Shown here: piece after piece, positions 36,101 through 45,100 of the stretch
Layout: each line of letters opens with the position of its first letter
How positions within the stretch are numbered: the first letter of the stretch is position 1
Source of the DNA: Candidatus Woesearchaeota archaeon
GTDB lineage: Archaea > Nanobdellota > Nanobdellia > Woesearchaeales > JABMPP01
DNA: 60,276 bases
Assembly: GCA_013202955.1 (NCBI GenBank)
Contig: JABMPP010000101.1
Span: 1-60,276 of the forward strand
Direction: 5' to 3'
Position numbers and translations under genes: made by a program
The notes under the pieces: generated by a model
The model's input: the letters and a program-made list of their open reading frames with translations, nothing else
What the model was told of the DNA's origin: nothing
Database searches by the model: none

Positions 36101-39100
36101 TGACATAATACTCTCCTTCCCAAGTATATCCTTGGATGTTTATCATTATGACTGATATTTCTGACGATTCATTCTGTGTAACACTCACATCAATCATACC
36201 AAGTGTTTCAGAAGCAGTAACATTTATTGGTATTAATCCTTGTTTTGCATACTCAACAGATGATATCTCAAATTCTGGTATGGTTTCATCAATCTCAAAC
36301 ACATATCTATACATTATCCAGTTCCCAACATTTGTTACAACACTTACCTCAATCCAATACTGCTCTTCCTGTAACTCACCCAATTCTAATTTTATAATTT
36401 TTTCTGTTATATCAATATCTTGGTATGATCTCTTGCTCATATTGCTGAACACATAGCTTAGATCATCAAACACAATGTTTTCTCCATAGAACTCAACAAC
36501 AAGATCTGCTGAATCACTAACAGAAACATAGTTTACATAATCTGTTCCACAAACAGATGGATCAAGGAAGATATTCTCATTTAGTTTTACAAGAGGAGCT
36601 GAAGGCAACCTTGTGTCTATTGTTATTTCCCAAGATTCAGAGTTAGAGTTTCCATGAACATCTTCTGCACTCACATTAACAGAGAAGGTGGTTTTGTTGT
36701 ATCCACGTGATAAGTCTGTTGTTGGATTATATATAAGCTCTCCAGTGCTCTTATAATATATTAATCTTCCATGATAAAAACTATATGTAAGATCATATGT
36801 TATGTTGTGTTCTGTTTCTATTTTTGAGTTAGTTAGAGGCATTCCTCTTAATTCCATAACAATTGTACTTGCATTTACCCCAGACGAATCAGTTAATATT
36901 GTTTTTATTGTTGTATATTGGTTATTTGTTATGTGGTCACCCATGGGGCTCTCACCAGGCTCGTCCAATTCTATCTCAGGACCAACAATATCATACTCAA
37001 CCTCTAATTCTTCACTGCTCTGCAATCCTGCTGGATTTGTTGCTTCAACAGTTATGTAATTAACACCATCATCAAGATTAATTGTTAAAGAGAACACACC
37101 ATCATCACTGGTTTCATAATATTCATCATAATCAACAGCTTCAACAAATGTTTCATCAGTTGTATAAGTTGATGTTGCTGTTCCAGTTATTGTTAACTCC
37201 TGAACATCTGTCTTAAAATTATTTTGGGGGTGAGATATACTTATTACAGGAGCATTGCTATCTCTTGTTATTGTTATTGGATCACTTTTTGTGTTTCCGG
37301 CTCTGTCAATAATTGTTGCGGTTATTGGATTTTCTCCATTTTCTAATAATATGTTAGCAGAAAAATCACCTCCAGCAATGATTGCGATTGATGTATAATT
37401 ATTTGCGCTGTTTGTTATTGTGATTGAATCTGAATCAACATTATAATTATCACTAAATGTTCCTATTATTGTTATATAATCATCTGAAACAGTTGTGTCT
37501 ATGTTATTTATTAGAATTGAAGGGAGAGTTATATCATAAATAATCTCCTTAGATCGTTTAATACTTAACCAAACACTATCTGTTGCTATGTAGTTCAGCT
37601 CATTAACTTCTTCAGCAAGATTTAAATCATAACTAAACGTATTATCTGTGAGATTCTCTGACAGATTAATTGGGTTTTCGTTAATATAAAAATACAATAT
37701 TGTTTTATCTTCACCAGGTATAACAGACCCTGTTGTTGTGAATATTTGCTCATTCACATATGTTCTTGGAAGTGAAGGAGAGCTAATTTGTATATCTGGG
37801 AGATCATTGTTTAACTCAAATGTTGTTGTTTGTGTTATAATATTTCCCGCATTATCAACAGCTGTAACATTAAAGATATACTGGCCGTTTATCAATCCTT
37901 CATCAGGCGTGAATCTTAGGTAAGAGCCAAATATGCTAACTGTTCCATTAATAGTTGTATTATACCAACTCAACAATATTTCTGAAGCTTCATAATCAAC
38001 CCTAGATAATGAATCATAAAGTTCAGCATACACTATTTCAGCATTAGCCAACATTGTTAAATTTTCAGGCGCAATATTTACAATTTCAGGTTCTGTTTCG
38101 TCATAAAGAACTGATGTGGAGTTTAAGCCGGTGTTGTTTGCGGAATCATTCACAACAATCTCAAAATCATATATTTTTTCTAGAGTCATGTTATACTCTA
38201 TTGAAAATACCCCATCCTCACTTTCAATATCATATGTTGCAATAACATCTTCCACAAACACACCATTAACATATAATTCCACAATTCTTCCATTTGTTGC
38301 TCCAGAAATCACAACTGTTTCCTGATTTGTTGGGGTGTCTACATCATCCAGCATAACATATGGGTCAACAGTGTCAACAATAAATGTTGTTGAACCCTCT
38401 CCATTATTTCCTGCAGCATCTGTTCCTGAGGCTGTTATAACAGCATCACCCTCATAACCAGCTCTTACTGAATAATCTCCTTCCCAAGTATAACCAATTG
38501 TGTTGGTCATGCTTACACTTCTTTCTGATGATTCATGTTGTTCAACAACAACATCTATTTCATCAAGAGGTTCAGAAACAACAACAGTTATTGGAATGGA
38601 TTCTTGTTTTGCATAACTAACAGTTGATACTAAGAATTCTGGATCTGTTATATCAATCTCAAACACATATCTATATGTTACCTGATTTCCAACATTTGTT
38701 TCAGCATAAACCTCAATAAAATAATATGGTGTCTCAGTCAGATTAGATAAAGTTAAATATATTTGTTCAAGTGTTACATTTACAGTACTGTCAGTTATCT
38801 TTTGATTTGGGCCGAATGTATAGCTTAATCCAGAAAGCTCAATATTATCAGCCCCAAAATTCACACTCAATACAGCTGTTTCATATATATCAATATAATT
38901 TATATAATCACTTGGTCCTGTTGTTGGTGTGAGTGTTTTGCCCCCAACAACAACATTGGGTGGTGATGGAATCCTGTTGTCTATTGTCACACTCCAGGTT
39001 ACTGAAGCAGTATTTCCTATTGAATCATCCGTTTCCACATATATTATGTATATTCTTCTATCTTCTCCATTCAATAAATCTATTCCAGGAACATATACAA

Positions 39101-42100
39101 GATCTCCTGTGTTTTTGTAATAAGTCAGAGTTCCTTGATAAAAATAACTTGATAGATTATATATTATGGTATCACCAGAGTCTGTTGGATGTCCTGTTAT
39201 TTCTATACCACCAGTTTCTCCAATTCTCATAACAATGCTCTGCCAGTCTATTCCAGAACCATCATATAAATTAGATGATATTTCCACATAAGGATCATTT
39301 GTTATTGTTTCGCCTGTGTTTATTATTGTTGGAGATATTGTGTCATCCACAAAAAACAATATTTCTGTTGAGCTAAACTCTCCAAATGTATCAGTTGCTG
39401 TTAATATTAATGTGTAGTTTCCATATCCTAAAGCAAGAACTTGATCTGAGAAAGCATATGGATCAACAACACCAGCAACATTCTCTGTTTCTTGCCTTAC
39501 TATATTATCATCTTCATTTTTTATAATATACTCTATTATCATATCCGGGCTTTTTTCAGAAATATCAGAGGTTATTGTAAAATTATCTCCTGCTTCTATA
39601 TCATCCCTAACAAAAACATTATCTATAAATGGTGCTGTTGTATCTAAAACAATATTAATGCTGTCTGGAAGCTCTCTTCCAAGTGTATAGTTGATTATCT
39701 TTTTTGCAACAATCTCAAACAAATAATTATTATCAGTTAATCTATCTGCTTCAAAATAAAATAATGTAAAATTCTCTAATGTAGATATGTTTATATTTTT
39801 TGATACACCTTCCAAACTTAACTCATATGAATCAATTGAAATATCTTCATTGAAGCTAGAGTTTATATCAAACTTAGTATCATTTGTATACCATGTTGAC
39901 CTTGCTTCGCTGTTAAAATAACCAGCATCAAAAGCCGAATTAACAGAATATTCTGGATAATCAGGCACACTTTGATCTATTGTAAAGCTCCATAAATCTG
40001 TTCTTGGGTTCCCAGCTCTATCTTCCATGTATAGCTCAACATCATAATCTCCATCACCCAATATTCCTGGCTCAAGCTCAATAGAATATTCTTCACTAAA
40101 GTCATCTGATGGTGTGCATGTTATCTCAGCATCACCACATCCATAAGAAGTGCTGTTGAAAGTTAACTCAATTGAACTTTTTATTATTCCTGAAACATTT
40201 GTTACAGAATTATCTGCATCATTTATTGTTATCTCAATATTTGTGTTATTATTCTTTAGAATCATATTATTATTTGGATATTTGTTTGTAATCACTGGAC
40301 TAGTTATATCATAAATTATATTTCTTACTTCTTCTTGTGCTTTACTTCCCTCAACACCATGCTCATCAAATCCAACAGCATAAATCCAGTTGTTTCCTTC
40401 TGTTAATGAATTAAGATTAAATCCAAACCATCCAGTTGGATATAATAAGGGGTATAAGTTAACAAAATCATTTTCACTAACCACTTCTTCCAAATCTGGT
40501 GTGAACTCTAAATATGTTAAATCTGAATGAATTATGTTTGTTATTGTGTAATATTCTCTGTTAAATCTTGGATAACTTATAAACTCAATATAGCTTCCGT
40601 CTCTTGAACCATCTAACACAACACTGTTGTTTTCAATATCTATAGAAAAAATATCCACATTAAGCTCAGCAGCATTGTTTTGTGCAGCACTCATGATTGA
40701 ACCAAATGTTCCCCAATTATGTGGAACCCCTATATTATCTGTAACTATGTTTGATCTTAATGTTACATTTTGATTTGGAATAGAAAATATACCTATTTTA
40801 GAAAATCCAGCAACAAATATTGGATTGTTTGTGTATTCCTCCAATCCAATATTATCTATTTTTGGCTGTTCTGGTCCTCTTGTGTCTATAACAAATAATT
40901 CTGGAGTTATTAGGTGTCCTGTGTTGCCATGAGAATCAGTTCCTGTCATAATCCATCTTGTGTTGTTTTCATTATCATCCAATCTATTGAAAAAACCAAT
41001 TGTTGGAACTTCTGTTGTTCCTGTGAAACTATACATTCCTTGAACATTGAAAAGCACAACTGATTCACCTTCATAATAATCAGCAGCGTTAAGTGGTTTG
41101 TATCTCAAACTAGGTATTTTACTTAATGGCTCACTTGAAAAAATATTTATTGTATAAACCTTGTTCCTTATCATTAAGTCTGTTTGTTGACCATTTTTAT
41201 CAAGTATTTCTACAATGAATTCTGGTACTGTGTTATCTTGAACATTGAACCATTGCTGTAATATTCTTTGATTATTGAATCTGTCTTTTGTGGTGTATGT
41301 AATATTCCATGTTCCTGTTTCTTCAGTATAAGAGCTAGGTAATGTTCCTTGATTAAACTCAAATGTTTTTATGAAATTTTCATTATCTAATTTATCAAGA
41401 TCCGCTGTCCAAGTTCCATCAGGATAATCTATATCAACAGAAACAGTGTTGTCCTGATATCCAAGCGCTGTGTATTGAGTATCACTTATCCAAGCCTCAA
41501 TTGTTATGTTTGATCCCCATTCAACATAATTATCATTATCATTTTGAACCTCAACACCAAATACATCTTCTCTTACCTCGGGCTCTTGTGTGAATTCAGG
41601 ACCAACTAAATCCAGATAAACAGTTATTGAATCACTTCCATCATTTCCTGCAAGATCCCAACCATAAACCATAATAACATTCCAGCCAGGAGAAAGTAAT
41701 GGAAGATCCCCTGAAAATGAGTTTCCAGTAATGCTGAGATTTGAGATTCTATCAAATAAACTTTCATTTGTAACAACAACTCTTAGATACTGTAATCCAC
41801 TATCATCTGACCATGTTCCATCAACAGTGTGACCAGTAGCAATGTTTGTCATATAATTTTCAAGAGGATAATCAATTGTTATATTCAAAAGCTGATTGTC
41901 TATGTTTATGAAAGCATGATTAACCTCTTCAAAATTATCCTTCCAATCAACAGATCTATAATAGAAATCCTGTGAATTTTCAATAATGATTGGTTCACCA
42001 TTGTAAACTGAATAACTATTACAATCAATATCATCACAAATATATATCTCTTTGCAACCAGCTTCTCCAGGATACTCAAAGCTTGAGCTTAGGTTTTCGT

Positions 42101-45100
42101 CATCACACTCAAGATAAAAATCAGTTTGATCTGTTATATAATATGCTAATGGATTGAATAAATGAGAGCCATAATTATTAGTGTATGTTAAGGTTGTTTC
42201 AGGGGGAATTCTATCAACAGTGAATAAATACCATGAGGTGTCAAGAATATTACCATCACCCCCGTAGCACCCTATAGGGAAAAAGTAGGTTCCATTTGTT
42301 CCAACATTATAGCTTTTGTTGTGTAGTTTGCTATTTCCTGGTCCCTCTCCAACAAAATCCATAGATATCCATGTGTTTGTGTCATCATAAAATCCACATA
42401 CTGCAGTACCAAGTGCAGATGGTGTCTTTAGATGAAACATTATTGTGTTGTATGTGAAAATATTATTCAGTCTTTCTTCATCATCTATTTCTGTTGTTAT
42501 ATTGGTGTCTGGGAACTCATCATAAATTACTTGAATTCTATCAACATCAATCAGCTCTCTAACTGTTTCTATATTTCCACTTTCATCAACACAATTAACA
42601 GTATATATATATAATCCATCTTCTAATCCAAAGTAGTCTGCATTAAAGCTTGTTTTATATAAGTTGCCTATAATATCATCCCCTGTTATTGGAGTTTCAT
42701 AAGCATCAGTAAGAATATCATCAGAGCAATCCGACTCTACATCAGTTGTTATATTTATAGAGAGTATTGATTCAAATGGGTCAGAATCATTTAATCTTGC
42801 CCACTCAACATCTATGACAGGACCTTGTGTGTCAATATACAATGCAACAGACTGGATCTCTTCAGTGTTTTTGTGATAATCACTTGAAAAGAATCTTATA
42901 TAAGATACACCTTGTGGAAGATTCTCATCATAATCATTATTTGGAAGAGCAAGAGATATAGTGAAATTCTCTCCTTGGGTTTTTTCCAAATTATTGAAAT
43001 CAAATTTCTTATTAGGATTACATGAATTATCATTATCAATACAGTATCTTATCTTTATATTATTATAAAATCTCATTCCAACTGTGTCATCACCCAATCC
43101 TTCAATATTGAATATTAAAGTGTGTCCATTAGAATTTATAATAGGAATATTATTTGTGAGTGTTGTGATTGGTGGTTCACTATCCTCCCTACACAATCTG
43201 TCAATATTTGAGTTTTCTCTACAATCATTTTCACTGTCCCCATCTCCATCCTTATAACATCTTGGTATGCCGTCATGCTCAGGATCTCCCCATTTACATC
43301 TGTTTAATTCACATGCATCTAAACTGTAATCAAAATAATCATAGCTTTCCCAGCCTTGCTCAAAAAATGGAATCTCAAAATCCTGTGTTTGACTAAAACT
43401 GTATTTGTCTATTCCATTACAGCTTGTTTCATCATCATATAATTCACATGTTGCACTCTCATCACACTCAGCGCAATAATCACCATTATCATCCGAATAA
43501 CACATTCCTAATCTTGAGCAAACATTATAATCACATAATGGATTATCAAATGGAGTGTTTTCTTCTTTATTGCACAAACCACACTGATCTGTTTCTTCAT
43601 AATATGGTTTAAAGCAAACTCCTTCATTAAAATCAGGGTATCCATAATATTCATACCATGTGCATGCTTCATTATATGGCTCTAGACTCCATGCTGAATC
43701 GCATCTGTCTTCATCACATGCACCCTCTGACCTGTATCCAAAGCAACTGATATCAGGATCACAATTATAACATGAATCAACTGTTGTGTTGGAATAATCA
43801 TAATAACAATAATTATCATCATTTTCGCATGACTCAGCTGTGTGATATAATCCAAATGGCTCTCCTCCTTCATAGCTGCATGAAATCGCATTCATACAAC
43901 TTGCCTGTCCTAAAAATTCAACACAAACATAACTCTCTCCTCCATTTTCTGGATGTGTACAATTTATTTCATTCTCTAACTGATTAAACTCATCACAATA
44001 AACACCTTGTGTAAGTGGGGGTGGAGTAAAACTATAACCAGTGTTTAGGCAAAACTCATCTCTTAAACCCTTGTTTTCACATAATGGATTACCTGGATTT
44101 CCATTTCTTGTAACTCCATTAGTTAATCTTGGCCCATATAATCCAACAGTGTATCTTGCCCATATTGTGTATTCATAATCTATATCCCACATCACATCTT
44201 CATCAACATAACCTGTTTCCTGATTGTCAAAAATAATAACTTTCTCAACTTCTCCTGAACCAACAATTGTTTTATTTATATAAAATACCTCAACCCAATC
44301 AGCGCATGCACTATACCATTCTAAGTTAAGCACTCTCTGCCCTTGCACATTGGTTACTGAGAAATCAACTATCTCAGGAGGATCATCATAATCACACCCA
44401 ACTCCTTCCTGAAGTGTAAAATTATAATAATTGTATCCTGGCCCAACAGTTATCAATGTTCTGTTTCTTATATATCCGTTCTTAAAAACATCTGCAGTCC
44501 ATGTTCCAAAAGGCACTCCAAGTAATTCATAATAACCAAGAACATTTGAGATATCAGATACATCCGCTACATTAACATCCACTCCATTAACAGCATCTCC
44601 ATCAGTGTCTTTTACATAACCATAAACAGTTGCTGTATCAGCAGGTGTTGGGCAATCACCATCTTCCATATATCCACCAAGCTCACAGCAGAATCCAGTG
44701 TCAGCTCTATTGAAATCTACTTGTGATCCATCCCAAGCTGTGTCAAACTCATATTCCTCATTTCCACACCAGCAAACAGTGTTATTTTGAAATAAATATC
44801 CTGTTGGATTTATGTTCCCTATATCTGAAATATTTGTGTTAAGAATACAATTAGGGATAATACAATCAGTAAAACATGCTGTTATGCTTCCGCATGAACC
44901 TTGGTGAACATCATCAGAAACAATATCATTGCATGACCAATCATATTCACAGCATCCATAACTATAATCCAAATAACACCCATTGTCACAACACTTCTGT
45001 CCATCACTGCAATCATATTCAGTTAATTCATCTAATTCGTCAGCACATAAATAACAGCAGCTTTCACCTGCTGCCTGACATGAATTACTACATTGAGAAT

